This document shows, piece by piece, positions 44,480-56,052 of a DNA stretch of 64,000 bases. Position numbers and translations under genes: made by a program. The DNA lies in NCBI RefSeq assembly GCF_006345805.1, contig NC_043009.1, positions 69,378,001 through 69,442,000 of the forward strand, in the 5' to 3' direction. This stretch comes from Octopus sinensis. Taxonomy: Eukaryota. The notes under the pieces were generated by a model, which was not told where the DNA came from, did not search any database, and saw only the letters and a list, made by a program, of their open reading frames with translations. Positions within the stretch are counted from its first letter, which is position 1. Every line of letters starts with the position of its first letter.

Positions 44480-44700
44480 CTGTTTGTACATATGCGTCGT
44501 ACAATCTACCTTTTACTCTGAGCAAGAGGCCCTTTGTCACCAGTAGAGGTAAGAACTCTCTGAACTTTGCCTAGGCCATTCTTATTCTTGCAGCTACACT
44601 TTCAGTGCACCCTCCCCCGCTTCTGACTTGGTCACCTAGGTAATGGAAGCTATCAACTACTTCTAGTTTTTCTCCCTGGAATGTGGCGGAAGTTCTCTGC
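44480..44700 (-). mobile_element. Inverted RTE RT fragment
   Basis: Reverse complement of about 45585-45805. Confidence 0.8.
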
Positions 44701-44714
44701 ACATTTTCAGTGTT

Positions 44715-44805
44715 TATTGCTCATATATATATATGTATATATAAATGTATATATATGTATGTATGTATGTATGTATATACGTATGTATGTATGTATATAC
44801 GTATG

Positions 44806-44841
<36 letters not shown>

Positions 44842-44870
44842 TATCTATATGTATGGGCGTATATATATGT

Positions 44871-44904
<34 letters not shown>

Positions 44905-44921
44905 ATATCTATGTATGTATG

Positions 44922-44952
<31 letters not shown>
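44715..44952. repeat. (TATG)n/(TA)n compound microsatellite
   Basis: Read directly; the YIYVCM-type ORFs here are artefacts. Confidence 0.97.
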
Positions 44953-44954
44953 TT

Positions 44955-46818
44955 AAGCCCCTGTACCTGACCTTCGTCGACATGGAAAAAGCCTTTGACA
45001 GGGTCCGCCGATCCCTTATCTGGTGGTCAATGAGGAAACTAGGGATAGATGAATGGTTAGTGACAGCTGTGCAAGCCATGTACAGGGACGCTATAAGTAA
45101 GGTAACGGTTGGCAACGAGTACACTGAAGAATTCCAGGTAGAGGTTGGGGTCCACCAAGGATCAGTCCTTAGCCCCCTCCTATTTATCATAGTCCTCCAG
45201 GCAATAACAGAGGAGTTCAAGACAGGATACCCCGGGGAGCTCCTCTATGCTGACGACCTTGCTCTAATTGCTGAGTCACTATTAGAACTAGAGGAGAAGT
45301 TTCAGACGTGGAAGCAAGGATTAGAATCGAAGGGCCTTAGAGTCAACCTAGCTAAAACCAAAGTCCTAATAAGTAGGAAGGCAGGCAAACCACAAATCCC
45401 TTCAGGTAGATGGCCCTGCTCGATCTGTAGAAAAGGCGTAGGTAGAAACTCTATAAGATGCACCAAGTGTAAGCTATGGACACATAAGAGGTGCAGCAAC
45501 GTCAAAGGAAGGCTAACTAGGAAGATAGTTTTTGTATGTGGCAGATGCTCAGGAGCAAAAAACACTGAAAATGCACAGAGACCAACTTCCGCCACATTCC
45601 AGGGAGAAAAACTAGAAATAGTTGATAGCTTCCGTTATCTAGGTGACCAAGTCAGTAGCGAAGGAAGGGTGCGCTGAAAGTGTAGCTGCTAGAATTAGAA
45701 TAGCTTGGGCAAAGTTCAGAGAGCTCCTACCTCTGCTGGTGACAAAGGGCCTCTCGCTCAGAGTAAAAGGTAGACTGTATGATGCATGTGTACGAACAGC
45801 TATGCTACATGGCAGTGAAACATGGGCTGTGACTGCTGAGGACATGCGTAAGCTCGCAAGGAATGAAGCCAGTATGCTCCGATGGATGTGTAATGTCAGT
45901 GTGCATACTCGAGTGTAAGTACCTTGAGAGAAAAGTTGGACCTAAGAAGCATCAGTTGTGGTGTGCAAGAGAGACGTTTGCGCTGGTATGGTCATGTGGC
46001 AAGAATGGGTGAGGATAGCTGTGTGAAAAAGTGCCACACCCTAGCGGTTGAAGGAACCTGTGGAAGAGGTAGACCCAGGAAGACCTGGGATGAAGTGGTG
46101 AAGCACGACCTTCGAACATTAGGCCTCACCAAGGAAATGACTAGCGACCGAGACTTTTGGAAATATGCTGTACTTGAGAAAACTCGGCAAGCCAAATGAG
46201 ACCATAACCTGTGGCCTATGCCAGGAGCGTAACCAGCCCACTTATGCGTACCTTTCCTTCTTTGGACACTAAAACTCTGCTTGCGAAGACCTGTTGAGGC
46301 AAGTGAAATCAAAATCAATTCGATGACTGGCACCCGTGCTAGCAGGGTGCAAAGAGCACCATACGAGTGTGATCGTTGACAGAGCGGCTATTTGAGTATG
46401 ATCGTTACCAGCGTCGCCTTACTGGCACTCATGCCTGTGCTAGTAGGGTGCCAAGAGCACCATCCGAGCGTGATCGTTGCCAGAGCAGCCAACTGGCTTT
46501 CGTACCCATGGCACGTACAAGGGCACCATTCAAGCATGATCATTATCAACGTCGCTTCACTGACATCTATACCGGTGACACGTGTAAAAAGATTCGAGCG
46601 AGGTCATTGCCAGTACCGCCTGACTGGACCCCGTGCCAGTGGCACGTAAAAAGCACCAACTACATTCTCAGAGTGGTTGGCGTTAGGAAGGGCATCCAGC
46701 TGTAGAAACTCTGCCAGATCAAGATTGGAGCCTGGTGCAGCCATCTGGCTCGCCAGCCCTCAGTCAAAATCGTCCAACCCATGCTAGCAAGGAAAGCGGT
46801 CGTTAAACGATGATGATA
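44955..46818 (+). mobile_element. 5'-truncated RTE (BovB-like) LINE with complete 3' UTR and (GAT)n tail
   Basis: [26 protein letters not shown] and RLRWYGHV motifs, with a frameshift near 45660. Confidence 0.92.
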
Positions 46819-46963
46819 TATATATGTATGCATGTATATATATATATGTGTGTGTGTGTATATATATATATTTGTATGTATATATATATATATATGTGTA
46901 TATATATTTGTATGTATATACATATATATATATTTGTATGTATATACATATATGTATATATAT

Positions 46964-47160
46964 GTTTTGTCAGTGAACAGGTCGCGGCCTCAAAGCGACG
47001 AAAATATTTTGGCAAATTAAATTTAAATGTTGAAGTGAATCTAACAGTTTTGTGTGTTTCTTAAATGGCTTATAAACAGCTTCCATGGTGAAATTGTTTT
47101 CGTTCCAGCACACAATCTCAGATCAAGTCACTCGCTCGCTATGCAAGTACATCTCCGTAA
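46964..47160 (+). mobile_element. Short (TA)n-flanked repeat beginning with a hammerhead fold
   Basis: About 200 bp of non-microsatellite sequence between two (TA)n tracts. Confidence 0.6.
46966..47016 (+). ncRNA. Minimal type-I hammerhead ribozyme, G3-C8 variant core
   Basis: UUUGUCA GUGAACA G GUCGC-ggccucaaa-GCGAC GAAA AUAUU U/ UGGCAAA. Helix I 7 bp (1 G-U), helix II 5 bp, helix III palindrome AAUAUU. Confidence 0.68.
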
Positions 47161-47186
47161 TATGTAGTATATATATATATATAATA

Positions 47187-47227
<41 letters not shown>

Positions 47228-47228
<1 letters not shown>

Positions 47229-47830
47229 CTTAGAAGGTTTTGGCCAGTATTGGCCCAGGCCATGTCTAACTTAATAGCACCACCTGGCGAAGTCTTTCAA
47301 TTCAGGATTTGGGCACCAAGGCCCATTCGAGCAGAGAGTTATTGTTTGCGGAGACATATCCGGGTGTGGGTGGTTTGTCCGGGACTGTTTGAAGGAATTT
47401 GCCAAAGACTTCTTGAATTTTGTGTGGTCAGTTTCTTTTTTGACGTGTCCTGGTGTAATGTTGAAGAGAGCGGGTCCAATTGAGGTGAAATAGTTGTGCC
47501 GTATTGTCGTTATGTGATGCGATTTAGATTTTTGTTGTGGACGGATGGCACGTGGTCCAAGCCTTGGATGTATTTTGAAGGTGATGCCAACATCATTCGG
47601 ACAGTGCTGATGGAATATTTTCCACATCATACAGATAATGTAGCGTTCACGGCGTCGTTGGAGTGAATACAATTTCAGCTTCTCTAGTCTACCCCAGTAG
47701 TCAAGGTCTGACATGCCATCTATCTTTTTTGTGATTGACCTTTGGGGAGCTCCAATTCTCATAATATTTTGTTTTGTGTAGGGAGACCACAGTGGACAGC
47801 AGTATTCAAGGTGGGGTCGGGCAAAAGTGG
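47228..47830 (-). mobile_element. CR1-type LINE 3' fragment (second family)
   Basis: YWGRLEKLKLYSLQRRRERY motif. Confidence 0.88.
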
Positions 47831-47894
47831 AGAAGAGAAGGATAATAGTGTGGGAATCTCTCGACTGGAAGGTTCTGAGAATCTAGGAACACAT

Positions 47895-48165
47895 ATATGT
47901 ATGTATATGTAAATATGTATATGATGTATATATATAATGTATATATGTATATATATATGTATATATTGTATATTATATATATATATATCTATGTATATAT
48001 ATACATATATATATATATGTACAATATATATGTATATATATATGATATAGTATATATCATATATATCTATATATATTATATAGTATATATTATGTATATG
48101 TATATATGTAAATGTTTACGTATATATAAATGATGTATATATATATATATGTATGTATATATATG

Positions 48166-48258
<93 letters not shown>

Positions 48259-48472
48259 ATGTATGCATATATGTATGTGTGGTATATGTATGCATATATG
48301 TATTTATGTGTGTATGTATGCATATATGTATGTGTGTATGTATGCATATATGTAGTGTGTGTATGTATGCATATATGTGTGTGTGTGTATGTATGCATAT
48401 ATGTGTGTGTGTGCATGTATGCATATATATATATGTGCGTGTGTGTGTATGTATGTATATATATATATATAT
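47895..48472. repeat. About 580-bp compound (TA)n/(TG)n/(TATG)n microsatellite
   Basis: Read directly. Confidence 0.97.
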
Positions 48473-49668
48473 GTACAAGCTCACAAAAGAGTCTACCTCA
48501 GTGCCATACAGGATAGGGCTACTGTTTGAACAAAAGGTTTCACTGACTGCAGGCCCCGAGAAGGTAAATGAAGCACTTGATAAACAATTCCAAAGTGGTT
48601 TCACCTCCCCTCCAGAAAACATGAAAATAAGAAGACCTGATGAGTTGTTCAACACCTCTAACCTACAAGAGAGAGAAAAAAAGCGACCATCAAGTACATT
48701 GACATTACAGAAGAGTATGTGTTGTCGTCCATTGACGAAATAAACCCAAACTCTGCAACAGGCCCAGATGAACTCCTAACAATTCTGTTAAAAACATGCA
48801 AGAAAGCTCTTCCAGAACCACTGCAAATGCTTTTCTAGAGTTCCCTTCAATGCTGAAAGAAGGAATAATCTGCCCCGTTCACAAACGAGAAAGTAGAGCA
48901 GATGCTATAAACTACAGGTCGATCTCTATGACCTCACATGTGAGCAAAATCATAGAACGCATGGAACATGTACCTGGAGGAAAAGAAATTGCTTACAAAT
49001 ACACTTTCAGAACAAGAGAGGAGACACTGATGATCCTTTGGAAGACATTTGTCCTCAGCCACTTGGACTACTGCTCCCAACTACGGTCACCACACAATAT
49101 AAAGTTAACAGCAGAACTCGAAGCAATTCAAAGAAGCTACACTAAGAAGATCGTCTCAATGCAACATATCAGTTACTGGGAAAGACTGAAAGAATTAAAG
49201 CTCTTCTCCCTGGAGCGAAGGCGGGAGAGATATGCAGTGATATACATCTGGAAAATCCTGGAGGGTCTTGTCCCAAACTTTGGCATTCAAAGTTACCCGA
49301 ACAGCAGAACGGGGCGCCACTGCATGGTGCCAAGAATCCCAACATCACCATCAAAATACAGGACCAGATACCGCAACAGCTTGGGTTTCAGAGGACCACA
49401 GCTCTTCAGTATCCTTCCTAAATGCCTGGGAGACCTGCATGGTGTGGATGTGGGTTTTTTAAAAACTAAACTGGATCTCTTCTTGTCAGGGGTCCCAGAT
49501 GAACCTACCTCTCGGCAGGAAACACAGATGCGGGCAGCCGCATCGACCTCCCTTGTTGATCAAGTGCCACGTATCAGAGGTGGTTTCCCATACTAGTGTA
49601 GCTCATTCAACGGTGGTGCCCCAGCATGGCCGCAGCCTTCGGGCTGAAACATTTTAAAGGATTTAAGG
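48473..49668 (+). mobile_element. CR1-type LINE remnant with internal RT deletion
   Basis: NYRSISMTSHVSKIIER is fused almost directly to LSHLDYCSQL...YWERLKELKLFSLERRRERY. Confidence 0.85.
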
Positions 49669-49685
49669 ATATATATATATATATA

Positions 49686-49828
49686 TTTCTAAGTCTCTCT
49701 AAAGGAGACTACGGCAGCGGTACTGGATATTAATAGTTATCGCCAAGCTAATATGGCAGTCCATAAATATAGGGCGAAAGCTGCCGCTGATTAACTCCAA
49801 GAGGCCATCGCCTTTAGCTAGCTATGGC
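49686..49828. repeat. Truncated copy of the 61103-61270 structured repeat
   Basis: CTAAGTCTCT...ACGGCAGCG...GCTGCCGCTG...GAGGCCA.CGCCTT is shared, and both copies abut (TA)n. Confidence 0.75.
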
Positions 49829-50017
49829 ACGTGAACAAAACATTCGGGCGAGGTCGTTGCCAGTGCCGCTGGACTGACTCCTGTGCAGGTGGCACCTAAA
49901 AAACACCATTTCGAGTGTGGTCGTTGCCAGTACCGCCAGACTGGCCCTTGTGCCGGTGGCACATAAAAGCACCCACTACACTCTCGGTGTGGGTGCTCAA
50001 ATATAAATGAGACGAAG

Positions 50018-50046
50018 CACCGGGACCACTGTTCGCTAGTAGTACC
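50018..50046. mobile_element. Isolated terminal repeat of the 8314-8549 MITE family
   Basis: CACCGGGACCACTGTTCGCTAGTAGTACC is the exact reverse complement of 8314-8342. Confidence 0.85.
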
Positions 50047-52806
50047 AATACCTATACATAAAATCACAGAATGTAAAAACATATATATTCTAATAAAATA
50101 CAAATGGAACGGTTTATCAAAAGTTGAATATAACGACTAAAGATTCAAAACTATCAAAAAGCCAAATGGACAAATATAAAATAAAGATAAAAATAATTAA
50201 AAAATAAACGTCCACCGACTAAAAAGATTTTATCAAACGATTAAAATATTTCTAAAAAATATTTTTTAAAATATTTGAAAAAGTCTTTTACTTACCTGAC
50301 ACAGGTACGTCCAAAGTCCACAGGTACGTCCAAAGTCCATAAGTAAGCAGTCTTCCACAGGTCAAATTCACATAGATCTTGATAAAAGTCTTTTACTCCC
50401 CTCACACATCTACGTCCGAAAGTTCATAATAAACAATATCACCGGTTAAATTCAACATTCACATAGATCTATGGCCATTTCGTCAGCCCCGTAGTTTATT
50501 TACACCAAAGGGCATCACGGCGATGAGCCCCACTCCCTCATCAGGATAAACAAGAAACATGGACAGACGAAAACTTTTGTTATTTCTTTCTTACCCACAG
50601 CGGGCCAACACAGAAGGGACAATACAAAAACATGTGGGGACACAACATGAAATAAATAAAGCAGAAAATTAAAATGAAACGTGTGATAATATGAATGGCA
50701 ACATGAAGATGAAATCATGAAAGTGATGCTGCTTGCCCACGTGAAACAGCATCACTTCTTCCCTTTCATCTTCTAAATCTTCAGTCTCTCAGTCTAGCAA
50801 TACCGTATTCCTTGTAAGTCACATTTATCTGCTATTTTTATTAATGTCCATGCTTATCCTCCGACTGTCCTCTGCTTTCTTGGATTTAGCCATTTCTTCC
50901 TTTTGTTTCCCTGACACCAGTAGACACCGGGTGCCATCCTACTGTTTGTGCAATCCTCTCATTCTACAAACTTTATATTTTCCCACGTTGTTATTTTGCC
51001 AAGGAGTTCCTCTTCTTTATCCTCTGCAATTATATAAGCATAAACTACATCACTGGGAGGCGACTGTTTTGTACGTTCTGTTGAGACTGTTTTTCTTTTT
51101 CTCTGTGTAGGAGGGGAATGGGTGGGATTGGTGTCTGCGGGTGGGTGGGTGTGTATGGTCTGGGGTTCCGTTTCACCTTGTCCTTTCTTCCTTCTGCTAT
51201 TGTCCACGGGTCTTCCTTTTCTTTTACTTCTTCTTCTACCTCCTCCTCTTTCTTCATCAGCTCCTCTTCACCCTTTTTCTTGGTTATTTTCCTTTCGTAG
51301 AGGGCAGTGTGCTCAAATGTGGTCTTTTTGGCCACATTTAAAACAAGGGATTCTGCCCTCGACCCATTCTCTCAGAATCAACTCACCAACCGTTATTGTT
51401 TCTGCCAGACTTTCTAACGATTGGCCCCTCTTCTGTGGCCTGGAGGACAACTACATCCTCCCTCCTTCCGAGGAGGACAGCCGCCGCGACCTAAGCCACA
51501 GCTCTGTTCGGTGCGATTCCTTCTACCCTAATCTTGGAAGTTCTTCTTCCAAGATACGTGGCCAGAAGGACCACTTTATTCGTCTTCAGCGTGTTGGCCG
51601 CATCCCTCCTTGCCCCTTCTTCCGTCTTAAATTGGACGATCACTGTGCCATACTTAATGCCTCTTGCTAAAAATACAATGTCCCCTCTCAACTCGCCCAA
51701 CGCCTTCTCAATCGTTTCGGCCTCTACGTGGCTAATCTTTCCCCCCTCTACTGAGTAAACCTTATAAACAATTGTTCTTTTAGCCATATCTTCCATCACT
51801 TTCTGTGATGCTGACAACTTCATGCCACCACTCACCTTGCAAGCCATCTTTTGGTGTTTCTCCACGTTGGCCAAATTTCTCTCCTTTCTTCTCACCTCTG
51901 TTATTTCCGCTTGGCTTCCCTTTTCCAGGCATTTGTCCATCCTGTTCACCGCGCTCAACAATTCCTCCTCCGAAGAGGATAATTCGAACCCACTCAGGTC
52001 CGAATAGAACATCTTACTTGCACGTATCACCATCTCTCAATAAAAAGAGAGAAGGCATGGATGGTCAACCGCTGCAAAGCCCCCCCCCACAAGCACAATA
52101 ATACTTCAAAATAGATGTAATAAAATTGTTTGGTGTTACGGGGATTTGAAACCGGCGAGGCTAAACTACAGCCACCTGCGTGTTTAGCAATAATAATTTT
52201 TTTTTCTTTAGGAATTTCGGACTCGTCCGCTGATGGGTTCGTCTTAAATTATATAAGCTTTTTATTAACAGTGTAAGCTTTTCATAAAATTTTTGATCTG
52301 TGCGTGTTTTATGTTTATCCTGGGGTGGTGCTCATCCCTGTGATGCCCTTTGGTGTAAATAAACTACGGGGGTGACGAAATGGCCATAGATCTATGTGAA
52401 TGTTGAATTTGACCGGTGATATCTGTTTATTATGAACTTTCGGACGTAGATGTGTGAGGGGAGTAAAAGATTTTATCAAGATCTATGTGAATTTGACCTG
52501 TGGAAGACTGCTTGCTTATGGACTTTGGACAGTACCTGTGTCAGGTAAGTAAAAGACTTTTTCAAATATTAAAAAAAAACATTTAAAAAAAAAATTTTTA
52601 GAAATATTTTAATTGCCTGATAAAATCTTTTTAGTCGGTGGACGTTTATTTTATTATTATTTTTATCTTTATTTTATATTTGTCCATTTGGCTTTTTGAT
52701 CGTTTTGAATCTGTAGTCGTTATATTTAACTTTTGATAAACCGTTCCATTTGTATTTTATTAGAATATATATATTTTTACCGTCTGTGATTTTATGTATA
52801 GGTATT
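50047..52806. mobile_element. Composite element: about 520-bp inverted repeats enclosing a decayed gag/ORF1-like gene
   Basis: 50047-50568 is the reverse complement of 52292-52806 (roughly 90% by eye). Confidence 0.75.
50959..52033 (-). pseudogene. Gag/ORF1-like nucleic-acid-binding protein with CCHC knuckle, disrupted
   Basis: ORF 51491-52033 (RRM-like GTVIVQFKTEE) continues past stops and frameshifts into VEGRIPCFKCGQKDHI*AHCP (Cx2Cx4Hx4C, about 51350-51300), then a Lys/Glu-rich tail. Confidence 0.7.
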
Positions 52807-53127
52807 ATTTTTATGTGTTTGTGAACCATGGTGTTTTTTTTTATATATGATTAAATGTTTGAGGGGTGGTGCTGTATGTAAAGTCGTTGACCCAAATTCA
52901 ATGTTTGTTCTATAACCAATACCTTATACGTGTATATTTTTAAAGAGATGTAAAATTACATATTTATTTTGAAAAAGAACCTGGAGATGTGATAATTGCA
53001 AATCGGATGACTGCATATATGTATTTATATATGTATATAATTGTGTGTATGTATATATATATATATTGTAATATTCCAATACTGAAACGCGTGTAGTTCT
53101 TTCATATTTAATTAATATCGTGTTAAA

Positions 53128-53353
53128 GGGTGGCGAGCTGGCAGAGTCGTTAGCACGTCGGGCGAAATGCTTAGCGGTATTTCGGCTGCCGTTACGTTCT
53201 GAGTTCAAATTCCGTCGACTTTGCTTTTCATCCTTTCGGGGTCGATTAAATAAGTACCAGTTACGCACTGGGGTCGATATAATTGACTTAATCCGTTTGT
53301 CTGTCCTTGTTTGTCCTCTCTGTGTTTAGTCCCTTGTGGGTAGTAAAGGAATA
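53128..53353 (+). mobile_element. Full-length family-A SINE with 19-bp TSD
   Basis: TAATTAATATCGTGTTAAA at 53109-53127 and 53354-53372. Confidence 0.93.
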
Positions 53354-53595
53354 TAATTAATATCGTGTTAAATACGTACGAGATAATTAAGGAGATATAG
53401 TATACACCCTGCTGGTATAATGGTTCTCTTTTTCCGAACCGCTAGAGTACGGGGACGTAAACACACCACCATCGTCTGTCAAGTGATGTTGGGGGACAAA
53501 AACTGTTATTCAGAGTTTCACGTTCCCATTCATCGGACGATTGTGATGAAAACACATTTTTCATCACAACTCTCCGACGAATGTGAAACTGAGTA

Positions 53596-53757
53596 TCATC
53601 ATCATCATCGTTTAACGTCCGTTCTCCATGCTAGCATGGGTTGGACGGTTCGACCGGGGTTCTGGGAAGCCAGAAGGCTGCACCAGGCTCCAGTCTAATC
53701 TGGCAATGTTTCTACAGCTGGATGCCCTTCCTAACGCCAACCACTCCGTGAGTATAG
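53596..53757 (-). mobile_element. RTE-tail repeat
   Basis: Same family as 11704-11890. Confidence 0.85.
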
Positions 53758-53784
53758 TAACGTTTGATAATTTGCAGTGTTAAT

Positions 53785-53819
<35 letters not shown>

Positions 53820-54469
53820 CACGCACACGGTTGCATGGGATGAACAGAATTTATTGGGGCACATTTTGCATGGCCAGACGCCATTCCTGTTGCTATGCCA
53901 CACCCGTTTCCAAGCTGGAAAATATCTCCCCATGACCAGACATACGTACAGTAGTGTTTCTATTATATGAACATGATCCTTTTTCGGAGCTCTTTTTGTT
54001 GACTCAATTGTTTGTTCCGTGAATGTTTGAAATTTATGTAAAGAGGGATAATCTGTTCCAACCAACGCTCAAACTCCATAGAAAAAGAATGAAAGGATGA
54101 TGTCTTTATGGCCATCCATCATTAGCAAATACACAAACATCTATGAGTGTGTGTGGTGTGTGTGTGTGTGTGTGTGTGCGTGCATTTTCTGTTTGTTTTA
54201 ACGTGGCGATGCTGATTGTAAATAAACTGCTTCTTAACATAATCAGCATCGTTTTGTCTGTAGTTCTCCATGAAAGAACATTTGGCTTGTTCGTGGTTTG
54301 AAAACTGCACAAATGAAGATCATCTGGCTGTAAATTGCCTCTGCTAAAGAAATATGTCCTGATCCATGCTAGCATTGAAAAACAGACGTTAAACGAATGA
54401 ACGTATGCATAAAGAGCAAGTAAACATATACAGAAATAATGTAAAACTCCCTGTAAATAAATGTAGACT

Positions 54470-55045
54470 TGTCTCAGTGTCGAAGGCAGTTCAGCCTGCA
54501 GGGAAGAGGCCGGGAAGGAGGCGGCTGTATTTTGTGCCATTTCTTCTTGGTTTTCTGTCGGCGATGAACAAGTTGAAGATGGTCTTTGTTAAAAAAATAG
54601 GCACTCAGGACCAACTGCTTTATCCTGGTTTTCTGTACCTTTTAAAAGTAGAACATCGCTGTTATTAAGTGATTCAAGCTCAGCTCCTCTTCGGCTATGC
54701 CAGGGTAATATTCTTTGGCCAGTTTAGAGATTATATTCCAAGAAGTGAACAACTCTCCGACTCGTATGTTCTCTCCCTCCTTTTTTACTCTTCTTTATCA
54801 GGAAGTGTATTTTTTTTCACTGCCTCTTCGTTGTGAAGCCTTAACACTCCTCTGTGTGTTGAGTTCATCCCTGTGATTCACCACCAACTCTTCAATAACC
54901 ATTGCGTTCACCTCCCGACCCATGGAATTGCCCAGACAGACCATTTCTTGGACAGCAAGCTCTTCTTTCACTTCTTCAAAGCTTTGAAAGTCTCTTGGAG
55001 ACGCACTTCAAGTCCACAATGGCTTCCAAGCTGTACCGAAACAAC
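54470..55045 (-). mobile_element. Tigger/pogo transposase C-terminal remnant
   Basis: AWKPLW*...RDFQSFEE...VQEMVCLGNSMGREVN...IEELVVNHRDELNT resembles TIGD1/Tigger C-termini (from memory). Confidence 0.65.
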
Positions 55046-55252
55046 GCACTAAAATAGTCCAAGCTGCTAAAGTCGTTAGCACTGCATCAGCAATATTAAG
55101 CTGTGTGTGTTTGTGTGACACACACACACACACACACCCACACACACACATATATAAATTTCAGTAAAATTTAGATTCAGATGAATATGGTACTTAAGTT
55201 AAAGGCACCAGAATTTTGTATGGTATTATCCATATAAATCAAATTGGGTGAT

Positions 55253-55521
55253 TATAATCAAAATAAGCAACAAGTATATCCGAGGTAATGTGGTACGATC
55301 GTTTCATGCTACTTCATTTTATTAAACACTGTAAGTATTACATTAGTTTTATAAGGATAAGAATGTGCATTGTCCGTTTGATTGGAAAATTTCTATAAGT
55401 GGCTGAAGACTACTCGACATTTTAAAACTGATATAATATTTACAGTGTTTAATAAAATGAAGTAGCATGAAACGATCGTACCACATTACCTCGGATAGAC
55501 TTGCTGCTTATTTTGATTATA
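55253..55521. mobile_element. MITE with about 88-bp TIRs and TA termini (Tc1/mariner-type)
   Basis: TATAATCAAAATAAGCAACAAG...ATTAAACACTGTAA is mirrored at 55434-55521. Confidence 0.87.
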
Positions 55522-55740
55522 TATATATATATATACTTTTTTTCTAGTTTCAGCTCAGAGCTGCGGCCATGCTGATGCACCACTGTGCTACAGTGTTATT
55601 ACGAAGAACCTCCTCTAATATGTGGCACTTGGTGAAGAATGGAGTTTGATACAGCTACTCTCATTTGCACTTCTTGCTGTGAAGTAGGTTCATCTGGGAC
55701 TCTTGACAGGAAGATATATATATATGTCATATCTATATGG

Positions 55741-55796
<56 letters not shown>

Positions 55797-56052
55797 TTTA
55801 TTTAAAAGCAGCAGAAATATAACAAAAGTGAGAATGGGAGTTCAACATCGCATTGGTGTAAAAAATACTTATCTTTTATGCGTGGATTTTATTTATAAGG
55901 TAAGGGTTGATCCGTTGTATATCGCAATTCCCTAATGCTCCACATGATGGTGAAGCCACTTTGGATTAGGTTCCGTTGGATTGTATGAGACTTCATGAAG
56001 TGGCATAAAAATACGTAGTTTATAACTTTTTAAACTTTATCTCCACAGATTT

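Noticed and set aside
44681-48743. Long YIYIYI / VCVCV / HTHT ORFs
   Set aside because: Translations of (TA)n, (TG)n and (TATG)n microsatellites; the 310-aa ORF 44745-45677 is a microsatellite fused to a LINE RT.
49790-49830. Twister-like TAACTCC motif
   Set aside because: The remaining twister pseudoknot elements were not found.
50340-50550. CTGATGA...GAAATGGCCATA and TTGATAA motifs in the long inverted arm
   Set aside because: Helix II and helix I do not form convincingly, and CTGATGA is absent from the right arm.
52200-52240. GGACGAGTCCGAAA / CTGATGG hammerhead-like words
   Set aside because: The two core halves are on opposite strands and no helix I forms.
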